Of a DNA stretch of 64,000 nucleotides, positions 53,203-64,000 are shown one piece after another. Origin of the DNA: Vicugna vicugna. Its lineage: Eukaryota. The DNA lies in the NCBI GenBank assembly GCA_013265495.1, contig MU058687.1, forward strand, positions 1,178,001-1,242,000, written 5' to 3'. The translations under genes were made by a program, and so were the position numbers. The notes beneath the pieces are model-generated. The model was not told where the DNA came from. It saw only the letters and a list, made by a program, of their open reading frames with translations, and searched no databases. Each line of letters begins with the position of its first letter. Position 1 is the first letter of the stretch.

Positions 53203-56200
53203 CTAAGGGAAAGAAAAAAGACAAGAGAGAGAAATGCGGTGAGACTGAACAAAACAAAGCAAGACTACAATCTCTTGCCAGAATCTTGGCCTAGAATCAA
53301 GCCACTGAAACTAATTTGATATTGTCTAGAACAGTCAAAACAGAACTACAGCAAGGAGAATCTCATTACTGATCTTAAGATGAAGTGTTGACCACCTGAC
53401 TCCATTTCCTTTTTCTACCCTATGAAACCCAGGCACCAGAATTTTTCACTATGTAGTCAATTTGGGTAAGATGCTTTCAAAATGATTCCCTAAGGCTGAT
53501 TGTTGTTACAATACTGGGCTACATCTTGTTCATTTTCCTTCTCCTAGTCAAAAATCTATTGGGTATATTAAATAGAAAAGCATGAAGTTATCTGATCCTT
53601 TTCTTTCTCTTTAACCAGCACCATACCTAAACAAATCCAGATGATTAAGTGTCCATTATGTCTTTTAAGATCAGTAGAGAGTATTTCACAATTTCCTGGG
53701 CTACTCATCCCATTGTTATCACTGTAGAGAAACTGCCTAACCCAAGATCTTTACGTTGCATCCAAAGCCCACTTTCTGTCATCCTCCTGAGAAGAAAACA
53801 GCAGCCTCTGTGAACACCACAGTTTCATGAGACTACATTTCATGAGAAACCACTGACTTTCTTCACTTCTGCCTAAATAATCACAATTCCCTTAAGGTTG
53901 AATAAGCTTATGAGAACTATCTAATCATTGTAGTTATTCTCTTCTTAGCCTTTCCAATGTTCTTTCCTTTAAACCATTAATTGTAGAATGAAAATTGGGG
54001 AAAGGTAGCAATATTCTAGAGGTAATTTTATTTTTGTAAAATTTCCAAGTAAAGATATTATAAAAGTTATTGATTGTTACATTTTATCTAAATAGAAGAG
54101 GCTGGATTACAAAAGAAAATGGGAGTTAACATGATTGCACGTCCAAATGCCAGACTAGTGACCTAGTAAATGTAGGAAATTGCTGGAGTTGGCCAAAGAA
54201 AATGTTATGCATAGGAAAACTATGTTTGATGAGGAACTGAAGTATCCATCAAATTGGTTCTGTTTAAAGCAAAGATATGTTTGCATAATGAACAAAAGAG
54301 ACTTTAGTCAAATAAATAAGTTTAAAGGATACAGAGGAAATTAAGGAATGAAGAAAAATAAGAGATACCTACAGCATGCATTAAGTGTTGAAGACTGTGG
54401 CATTAAAAAAGAATGCAGAGAATCGATTTTGAGTAAGACTCCACATCCAACTGATTTTGTGTAACAACGACATTCTCCTACCCAAGGGAGTGGGCTATCC
54501 CTAGTTCTTAGTTACCTTATATGGTAATTAGCTATAAAAATGATTGTGTTGAGTTCTTGAGCAGGAGGTTATTAACAGTCAAATTTTAAATTGCAATGTG
54601 ATTTATCTAAACTCCTGAGAGTGAACAAAACACTCCCAGTTTTGGTGTTGAGAATGGGAATTTCCTATGGGTTTTATTTGTGCACTGGATTCTGTTCCTA
54701 TTTTTGAAATGATAACATAATGTTACTGATTCATGTTCAATTTTGAATATCTATCTAAACATCTAAACAGTTTTTTCCTAGAAAAATTCTAAAAAACTAA
54801 TTCTTCCTCATAACCATATTTCTGCTTGGACAGTCATCTGGAAACATTTTAAGGAATACAATCACCAGCTTTAGTCTCAATCTAAAAAGAAAGACCCTCA
54901 AACCAAAAACCTAGGCTTCCACCTTAGGAAACTAGAAAAAGGAGAGCAAGCCAAACCCAAAATAAGCAGAAAGAGGGAAAGAATAAAGATTAGAGCAGGA
55001 GTTAATAAAACAGAGACAGGAAAAAAAGAAAAAGAAAAAGAAATGAAACCAAAAGTTGATTCTTTGAAAACACCAACAAAATTGTCAAACCTTATGCTAG
55101 CCTGATCAATAAAAAAAGAGAGAGAGAAGGATCAAATTACTAAAATCAGAAATGAAAGAGGGGATATTACCACCAAACTTACAGGAAAAAAAAGGATAAT
55201 AAGGGAATAATATGAACAACTATATTCCAACAACTTAGATAACTTAGATTAAAAGGGCAGATTCCTAGAAAGACTCAAAAAAGTACAGAAACTGAATCAA
55301 GAAGAAATAGAAAATCTGAATAGACCTATAACAAGAGATTGAGTTAGTAATCAAAAACTTCCCTCAAAGAAAAGTCCAGAACTAGATGGCTTCATGGGTG
55401 AATTCTCCCAAACGTTTAAAATAGAATCCTTCACCAATCTTTCACAAACTTTTCCAGAAAAACAAAAGAAGAGAAAACACTTCCCAAATTATTCTATTAG
55501 GCCAGTATCACTCTCATGTCAAAAACAAAGACATCACAAGAAAAGAAAACTACTGAATATTCCTTATGAATACTAATGTAAAACCCCTCAAAAAAATAAG
55601 CAAACCAAATCCAGCAACATATTATAAAAATTGATTATACACCACGAAAAATCAGAATTTATTCCAGGAATGCAAGGTTAATTCAATATACAAAAACAAT
55701 ACAGGCACACCTTGGATGTATTGCAGATGCAGCCCCAGACCACTGCAATAAAGAGAGTCACAAAAATTTTTTGGTTTCCCAGTGCATTTAAGACTTATGT
55801 TTACACTATACTGCAGTCTATTAAGTGTACAATAGCATTATGTCTTTAATAAAGTACATACTTTAATTTAAAAATACAAAACAAAAATATTATAATAGTA
55901 ACATCAAAGATCATTGATCACAGATCACCATAACAACAGCAATAATGAAAAGTTTGAAATACTGAAAGAATTACCAAAATGTGTCACAGGCATAAAGTGA
56001 GCAAATGCTGTTAGAAAAATGGCACCAATAGATATGCTTGATGCAGGGCTGCCACAAACCTTCAATTTGTTTAAAAAAAAAAAAAAGCAAAAGCAATGCC
56101 TGCAAAGAACAAAACAGTGAAGGACAATAAAAGAAGGTATGCCTATATGCCATATTAATTAATAAAACACTATATTAATAAATAAAACAGAATGTAATAT

Positions 56201-59200
56201 GCTATATTAATAAACAACCAGGTGATCATCTCAACAGATGAAGAAAAAGCATTTGACAAAAATCCAACACCTTTTAATGATAAAAACACTCATCAAACTA
56301 CCAAGTCCATAAAAACTAGCAACACTGCACCTGGCGGCCTCTCTTGCTCCCTCATCTTCAGGGATACCCACACTCTGTTACTTTAACCAGCCTCCCCAGC
56401 CCCCACCCCCGTGTACATCTTTCTAAATAAATCTACTTTTACTCAAAAAAAAAAAAAAAAAAGAACTGGAGTCCAGAAATAAACCATTACATTTATGATC
56501 AACTGATTTTTGACTAGGATGCCATGACAATTCAATGGGGGAAATAATAGTCTTTTAAACAAATGGTACTGGGACAACTGGACATCCACATGGAAAAGAA
56601 TAAAGTTGGACTCCCTACCTCAGACCACATAAAAAAAATAACAAACTGGATCAAAGACTAAAGCTAAGCGATTTAACTATAAAACCCTTAGAAGAAACTT
56701 TCAGAAGAAAACAGGCATGAACCCTCATGGCCTTTGATTAGGCAAGGGGTTCTTAAATATAACACTAAAAGCGCAAGCAAAAGAACAATCAGATAAACTA
56801 GACTTCATCAACAGTAAAAACTTTTGTGCTTCAAAGTTTTCATCAAGAAAATAAAAAGAAAACCTGAAAAAAAAAGAAAACCTGAAGAATAGGAAACTAT
56901 TTGCAAATCATGTAAGTGATAAAGGCTAGTATTCAAAATATATAAAAGTTCTGACAGTTCAACAAAAAGACAAATAATTCAATTAAAAAATGGGCAAAGG
57001 ATTAGGAGACACTTCTCCAAAGAAAAAGTATCTTCTTCCATGTGCCAATAAGCACGTGAAAAGATGATCAATATGATTAATTATTAGAAGAAGGCAAACA
57101 AAACCACAATGAACATATATACACACACCAGAATATTACTGAGCCTTAAAAGGAAGGAAATTTGGACATATACCACAACATGGCTCATTCTTAAGGACAT
57201 TATGCTAGTGAAATAAGCCAGTCAGAAAAAAAAAAAACAAATACTGTATGATTCTACTTATATGAGGTAGTTAGAGTAGGTAAATTCATAGAGACAGAAA
57301 AGAGAACTGTGACTGCCAGGGGCAAACGAGGTCCCCTCTCCTTTAGGAGTTATTGTTGAATGAGTACAGAACTTCAGTTTTGCAAGATGTGGGTGGATGG
57401 ATGATGGTGATGGTAGCACAACAATGTGAATGTACTGAACTGTACACTTAAAATGGTTAAAGTGGCCAATTTTACATTATGTGTATTCTACTATAATTTT
57501 TTTTAAGTATGTTATATAGTTTCCAAATATTTGGGGATTTCCCAGGTATCTTTCTGTTATTGATGGTAGATTAGTTCTATTATGATCAGAGGAGAACATG
57601 CTTTATATGACTTAAACCCTGTTAAATTAATTGATATTCAAAACAGAACAAAACACCACAATGAGATATCACTTTGCATCCACCAGGATAGCTATAATAA
57701 AAAAGACAGACAATAACAATTGTTGACAAAGATCTGGAGAAACTGGAATTCTCATGCATTGATAGTGCGAATGTAAAATGGTGCAGCTTCTTTGGAAAAC
57801 AGTTTGGCAGTTCTTCAAAAAGTTATGCATAGAGTTACCATGTGACCCAGCAATCTATTCTTAGGTATGTAATAGGTACAGAAATGTTCACAGCGTCATT
57901 ATTCACAATAGCTAAAAAAATGGAAACAACCTAAATGTCCATGAATTGATGACTGGACATATATATATATATATATAATGTGGCATAGCCATAAATGGAA
58001 TATTACTCAGCCATAGAAAGGAGTGAAGTATTGACACAAGCTCCAATATGGATAAACCTTGAAAACATGTAAAGTGGAAGACGCTAAACACAAAAAGTGA
58101 CATATTGTATGATTCCATTTACATTAAATGTCCATTATAGGCAAATCCATAGAGATAGAAATGAGGTTAGTGGTTGCCAGGGGCTGGGGGGATGCAGAGT
58201 GAGTGCTAATGGGCATGTGGTTTCTTTTTGGGGTGATGACATGTTCTGGAATTAATGCATATCTTTGTAAGTATACTAAAACCACTGTATTATACATTTT
58301 AAAGGGGAATTTTATGGAATATGAATTATATTCCAATATTTTTTAAAAGTCTAATGACTCATTCTAGGAGTGATGGAATTTAAGAGGCTAGATGACATCA
58401 ACATGTAAACAGACTGTAGTAAACAAAATAATTATTAAAATGAACATATATATTTAAATGATTATAAGCAGTCAAGAATAAGTTACAAGTCTAGTTAAGG
58501 TGAAAAAAGGATGACATTTTCCTTGCAGTTTTCCAAGTCAACATTTGTTTTTCTGCATTCTTTTATTCTCTCTTTAAACTGAGGGGTGGGAGGCACAGTA
58601 GAGAAAGATGGGCTATACTGTCATCTGGTCCTTTTCCCTTAAAAACTTTAATTAACCTTTGAAGCTGCCACCTCCGTTTACTAAATCACAGGAACTTATC
58701 CCACATAATTGGTAGCAAAGCTGATTGGAACATAGCTTTTGCTATGACTTTCAGTAATTCTTTTTTTTCCCAACAGGCACTTCATTATATGAGGATGAAA
58801 CAAGAGGAAAAGATTTTCAAGTCATTGGGAAAAGAGGTAGTGACATTTAACATTCATATTTCAATGATTCAGGTTTGAATTTTAAGTACTACAACCCCAG
58901 GAATGTGACACCTGGCAAGTTCTGCAGGCTTAACTCGTTATCTTTGAGGTTGAAGGGATGCTGTGAAGGCAATAGCCTGATACCCACCCTATAAAAGACA
59001 CAAGGCAAACCGAGATTGCATTTGTGTGTGCATATTGAGGGAAGGTTAGTGACATTAAGGTAGAGGCTGTCAACAGTTTGTTCATCCCCTCAACTACTCC
59101 TTTATATTCTCATAAGAATACCAGGCTCCACGTTCAATGTTACCATTACTTATCCTGGAGTGGATAAAGTATTTTCATTAGAAAAGCTTCACCTGGAAGA

Positions 59201-59784
59201 GGTAATTGTTCTTTCAAAGCTAAAACGAGTAGAAAGGAATTAAGTGGGGGAATGGGAGAAGGTTGAAGAGGGAAAGAGGTCTGAAGAAAATGTAGCAGCT
59301 GCAGAGGAAGCAATTACATAAATGTCATGAGTTCATCAAAATGCCATCTCCTCCATCAAGGTTAGCTTTCCTACAAGAATTGTGACTTGGCTTGATGATG
59401 TCACAACAGGGAGAAATGGGGAAGACCTCTATTCCCCTTTGGAAAAAGAGAAGCTCATCCATATGTGTCTAAGCACTCAAGTACCACTGTTAGGATAATC
59501 ACAGCAGATGAGTCTTCCATTTACATTGTGTTTTACCCATTACAAAGCATTTTCATACCCACTGCTGTACAAACCACCTCTTTGCCATGCAGCTACTAAA
59601 GAGCCAGCTTCTCCCAATGCACATTTCTCAGGAACATGTGTCTTGTTCCCATGCTCATAACCTATGTATGTTCCCAAGCCTGTAGGCCACATACCTGAGT
59701 GTACTTGCGGAAGAACACCCCTTGCACCTTCCCAAAAACTTCATAATCCACTGATATCAGGGTGTCCCCTTCTGCCATGCTCAT
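52987..59784 (-). CDS. ACYP1: Acylphosphatase-1; complement join(59695-59784,52987-53202), 101 aa (99 aa from the second ATG at 59778)
   Basis: (MS)[54 protein letters not shown]...[11 protein letters not shown]; acylphosphatase GxVQGVxFR and GWVxN motifs; phase-0 GT-AG intron. Not in the ORF track because the exons are short or lack a start codon. Confidence 0.96.
55702..56145 (-). mobile_element. Tigger1 internal-deletion derivative nested in L1
   Basis: Termini caggcacacct...aggtatgccta with TA flanks; internal Tigger1 end sequences (ttggtttcccagtgcat, ccacaaaccttcaatttg). Confidence 0.85.
56301..56462 (+). mobile_element. LTR-like R-region fragment with A18 tail inside L1
   Basis: ATAAAA TATA-like at 56309, ctcttgctccc..., AATAAA 56426-56431, A18 56445-56462. 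Confidence 0.55.
59695..59784 (-). CDS. ACYP1: ACYP1 first coding exon (exon acceptor at 59792)
   Basis: ctgacag|gtttgagcATGAGCATGGCA...ACTCAG|gtatgt. Confidence 0.95.
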
Positions 59785-59839
59785 GCTCAAACCTGTCAGA
59801 GACCAGGAAAGCAGAAAAGTAAAGAGCTCATTATCCTAT

Positions 59840-60500
59840 TCCGGGGCCCCCAACCCTGAGACAGAAAGGGCCACACTGCATCCTTAACCACTGCGACGTC
59901 TCCCTGACCTTAAGGTAGCTGAACTTCGGAGTAAGTAAACGGATGGTTGTAAGTGCGGGTGTGTAAAGTAACAGGAAGACACCTGGGCAAGGAAACTTCA
60001 TGTCGCGACTGCCCACAGAGGCCTCTTTTGGGGCAATTACCTGCTTATCCAGTTTCCTCCCTACCCCCACCCCCCCGGTCCCGCGCCTTCTCCATCCTTC
60101 TCTCTTCCCACGGACCCGGCTTCCACGCGGCCGCCAGAATCTCCTCCTACTAAGATTTTAGGGCTAGCCGAACTAATGGACATGCCGAGGGACCCCGTCC
60201 CAGGCTCACCCTCCTCGTCCTCCTCTCAAGAGTCTGGGACCACCCGGCAGACCACCAGGCCAACGGTTCCCCAAGCCGCGTAACCGCCGCGCCCGGAAGC
60301 CTAGAGCGCGGCTCCTCTTTCGCTGTCTCTCATGCCCATCACCTCTGCAGGCCAACCACAGACGGCGCACTCGGCCCAGAGCCCGCCCAGAGGGTGGGAT
60401 TGCAGGACGCTGTAGTCTAAAAGCATCAGAGCCTCGAGTTCGGGGGATCTGTCCAGGGTTTCGGGCACGATTCTGCAGAACGAGCCCTCACCCCATCTCG
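59840..60500 (-). promoter_or_regulatory. ACYP1 CpG-island promoter and non-coding exon 1 (donor GG|gtgagc at 60210)
   Basis: CpG-rich; CCGGAAG ETS motif at about 60293; strong donor consensus. Confidence 0.7.
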
Positions 60501-60745
60501 GTCACTAAACACACCACTTTTTCCATCTATTTTCTCAAAGGGAGAAAGAAATAGACAAAGAAACACTTTAGATAAATCCAATTATTCTGTAAATATTTAC
60601 TGACAGCTTCTGTGTGCCCTGCACAGTTCTAGGTGCTTGATATACATTAGTGAACAAAAAGGATCCCTGGCCTGGAGGAGCTTAAATTCTGGAGACGGAG
60701 ACAGACTATGAACATTAAACACCATAAACAAAAAAAATTAAATAG

Positions 60746-61496
60746 TTACAAAGTCCACAAATGATAAATGCTTGAGAGGGTATGGAGAAAGGGAACCCTT
60801 CTACACTGGTGGTGGGAATGTAATTTGTTGCAGCCACTATGGAAAATAGTATGGAGATTCCTTAAAGAATTAAAAATAGAGTTACCATATGACCCAGCAA
60901 TCCCACTCCTGGGTATATAGCCAGAGAAAACTCCAATTCGAAAAGATATGTGCACCCCAATGTTGACAGCAACACTGTTTACAATGGCCAAGACATGGAA
61001 GCAACCTAAATGTCCATCAACAGAAGATTGGATAAAGAAGTTTTGGTGTATTCATATATGGAATACTACTCTGCCACAAAAAAGAATGAAATAATGCATT
61101 TGCAACAACATAGATGGACCTAGAGATTTTTATACTAGGTGAAATAAGTCAGACAGAAAAAAACAACTATCATATAGTATCACTTATATGTGGAATCTAA
61201 AAAAAAATGACACAAATGAACTTATTTGCAAACGAGGAAGAGACTCAGACATAGAAAACAAATTTATGTTTACCAAAGGGGAAAGGGGGAGAGGGATAAA
61301 TTAGGAGTTTGGAATTAGTAGATACAAAGTACTATATACAGAACAGATAATAAGGTCAAACAACAACTGTATAGCACAGGGAATTATATTCAATAGCTTG
61401 TAATAGCCTGTAATGAAAAAGAATATATATAACTGAATCACTATGCTGTACAGCAGAAACTAACACAACATTGTAAATTAATTGTACTTTAAAAAG
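60746..61496 (+). mobile_element. LINE-1 3' fragment
   Basis: ORF2 end plus 3'UTR; TSD aattaaatag. Confidence 0.9.
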
Positions 61497-62676
61497 AATT
61501 AAATAGAAGATATACAACTTTTCTGCCCTCTCTTTTTCAGATCTTCTTAAATTCTGGGTCATGTCTAAGTCTGGAATTGGGAGCAGGGGAGATAAGTGTA
61601 TAGGAGGTCCCAGTGGAGGTTATTTTTCTCTCTGATTCTGGAAGCTGCCCACCAGAGTCTACCTTGCTCAGAAAACTCCAAACAATGCTTATCTAAAGCA
61701 ATCAGTCAATCACCAGAACAAGCGAAATAACCCAGGGCTCCAGAATCACAATTGAATTAGTCAATCTAAGCCTAATGACCAAATTGCATGTGTTCATTTT
61801 GGGAGAAGGAAATTGTCAAGGGGAGTTGTGGGTGAAGTTTGTTAAAAGTAGGATCACCTTGCAGGTATTTGAATCCATATACCCTAATGATTAAGAATGT
61901 GTATGAAGGAAAACTGTGGTATTTATTATCCCTATCTGGATTGCTTGTGTACATTACACCTCTTCATAACATAATACTCCATATGTGAATATGCCAGGTT
62001 GGCAGATGTGGCAAGGTGAGATGGATTTGCAATGGTGGCTGTAGAGATTCATTATTCCACTTCCCCACTACAAAGTGAGGATCCAGATACTGGAGCATCA
62101 TATAACCTCAGTGGGAGTTGTGTGAGAAACTGGACTGAATGTTACACTTGGCAATATTTGAAAATAATGCTGAACAGGGTACCTGGCTGAAGTTCTTTCT
62201 TTCTCTAAAATTTATTTTTTTAAAACTAGCTTCTCTGTAGAATTAACCTTTTGAACATCTACTATGTATGGGACACTTTTTGTAAGATATACAAAAATAA
62301 ATGGTACATAATCTTTGTCCTCAAAGAGTTTTTTAATTTAGTGTAAGGGACAAATATGCATGCAGATAATGACAATACAGTGCACAGAATGCTAATTCAA
62401 TTTCATCAACATCCATTGAGAGCTCATTATGACCCTGCTGTGGGCTATAACAAGGATAGAAAATATTATAAGAGCACAAAGGATCAGAGAGATTCATTCT
62501 GACTGGGAAGACTGAGAAAGTGTTCTCAGAGGAACCAGCATGTTATCCAAGGTTACACAACTACAAACAGTAAGTGATGGAGCTGGGATTTAGTTCCAGG
62601 CAGTCTGAGTACAGCGCCTACTCCCATGAATGCTGTTATGCTCTACCACTCCCAGGAGTTTGAAGTAGCATAGTAC

Positions 62677-63213
62677 TATTGCAGGAAAATGGGGCACAAG
62701 AGGATGGTCATGGTCCCTGAGACATGCCCCACCAAGGGTCCTTGGCTTCATGCAGGAAAGAATTCAAGAGCAAGCCACAGCGAAGTGAAATTAAGTTTAT
62801 TTAGAGAGATACACACTCCATAGACAGAGTGCACACCATCTCAGAAGGCATGAGGCCCTGGGGTGTGGGGATGTTTCGTTTTTATGGACTGGGTAATTTC
62901 ATATGCTAACGTGTGGGAGGATTATTTCAACTATTTAGGCGAAGGGGCAGGGATTCCCAGGAATTGGGCCACTGCCAACTTTTTGGACTTTTATGGTCAG
63001 CCTCAGAACTGTCATGGAGCCTGTGGGTGTGTCATTTAGCATGCCACTTATTACAATGAGCATATAATGAGGCTCAGGGTCTTCTGGAAGTCCAACCTTT
63101 GGCCATCTTGTTGGTTCTAGTTGGTTCTAACCAGTTTTTGTCATATCTTCGATGGCTATGTCATTCTTTTAATGGTTGCACCTGTCCCCTTCCCTCCTGT
63201 CCTGTCCTGTCCA
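62677..63213 (-). mobile_element. ERV1-type solo LTR
   Basis: gcaggaaagaattcaagag and gtttatttagagagatacacactccatagac motifs; ends in CA; 4-bp TSD gtac/gtat. Confidence 0.75.
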
Positions 63214-64000
63214 GTATCACTGAGGTAAAAAAGTACAAGTAGTCAGGTGTGGCTGGACAAAGGGTTCTCAACCCTGGCTGCACAAAGGATCTTGGGAGAA
63301 GCTCTTAAAAATACTGATTCCCAGGTCTTACCCCCTAGAAACTGCTTTTGAGGGGGTCCTAAAGCACAGCCAGGGTTGAAAGCCCCTGAACTAGACTCTG
63401 AGGAGGCAAGGCTGGAAAGGGAGGCTGAACCTAAATAACCTGGCAAGTTGAAATACCATGTTAAATTACACGCTTCAGCTTTATAGGTAAAGAACAAGCC
63501 ACTGTGTAGGAGAATGATAGGATCAGAAATATTTAGGATAATTATTTTGGCAGCAGCATGGAGGATGGGCTTGGAGAGCAGATGAATAGCAGTTAGGAGA
63601 GTGGTGCCATCCAATGAGACATAGGGAAGAACTCACCTAGGGCACTAGAAATGTAAAGGAAGGGTCATATATAAGAGACATTGCAGAGTAAATTCAACAG
63701 TCCTGCTGACCAGTTAGAGAGAAGGGGTGACAAAGAGGGAGAAGTGGAAGACGACTGCTGCTTTCAGCATAGAGGGAACACTGAAGAAAAGTGGCTCGGG
63801 GCATAGGGAAGTGATCACGAATTTGTTATCTGTCATACTGAGGTTCCTGAGGAACATTCATGTGGAGGTGCTACATGGGTAGTCGGAAATTTAAGTCTGT
63901 AACTAGGAGAGAGAGCTAAGCGAGATATCATTTAAACATAGGTAAGACCTGAAATTTCAGCATTAGGTTGAAATCATTATGGAAGAGAATGTCTGGAACT

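Larger units (their letters stand above)
54860..58345 (+). mobile_element. Older LINE-1 ORF2/3'UTR with nested insertions
   Basis: Degraded ORF2 motifs (gaaaaagcatttgacaaaa, aaatggtactgggacaactgg, gagttaccatgtgacccagcaa); boundaries approximate. Confidence 0.85.

Noticed and set aside
60035..60070. Alternative ACYP1 first exon giving an N-terminal extension (donor CAG|gtaatt at 60041)
   Set aside because: The donor is plausible, but the ORF-track frame would hit GTT TGA right after splicing; there is no support for coding
60300..64000. ZC2HC1C exons, expected next to ACYP1 by human synteny
   Set aside because: No recognisable coding exon; the region is L1, LTR, MER and L2 repeats, so the gene probably starts beyond the window

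Overview
Mammalian genomic DNA, probably a camelid (inferred from five tRNA-derived SINEs with the ...AAACCTAATTACCTCCCC tail typical of Vic-1-like elements). It is syntenic with the human EIF2B2-MLH3-ACYP1 locus. Three intact spliced genes were reconstructed exon by exon with GT-AG boundaries: EIF2B2 (+, 8 coding exons, 7688-13414, 351 aa), MLH3 (-, 12 coding exons including a 3.3-kb exon 2, 49487-25173, 1453 aa) and ACYP1 (-, 2 coding exons, 59784/59778-52987, 101/99 aa). Each has a CpG-island promoter. The rest is mostly L1, SINE, LTR, Tigger, MIR and L2 repeats. The most interesting non-obvious elements are: a full-length decayed ISCU processed pseudogene in sense orientation about 0.8 kb past the MLH3 stop codon; a TSD-flanked mRNA 3'UTR retrocopy (probably TRA2B) in MLH3 intron 2; two ERV-LTR fragments ending in poly(A) just after their polyadenylation signal; an MLH3 5' leader open in frame with the CDS (possible N-terminal extension or ACYP1-MLH3 read-through fusion); and a splice-dead homologue of the human ACYP1 cassette exon. 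I see no evidence for a wholly new multi-gene system. Homology calls come from my recollection of the orthologous sequences, not from database searches.
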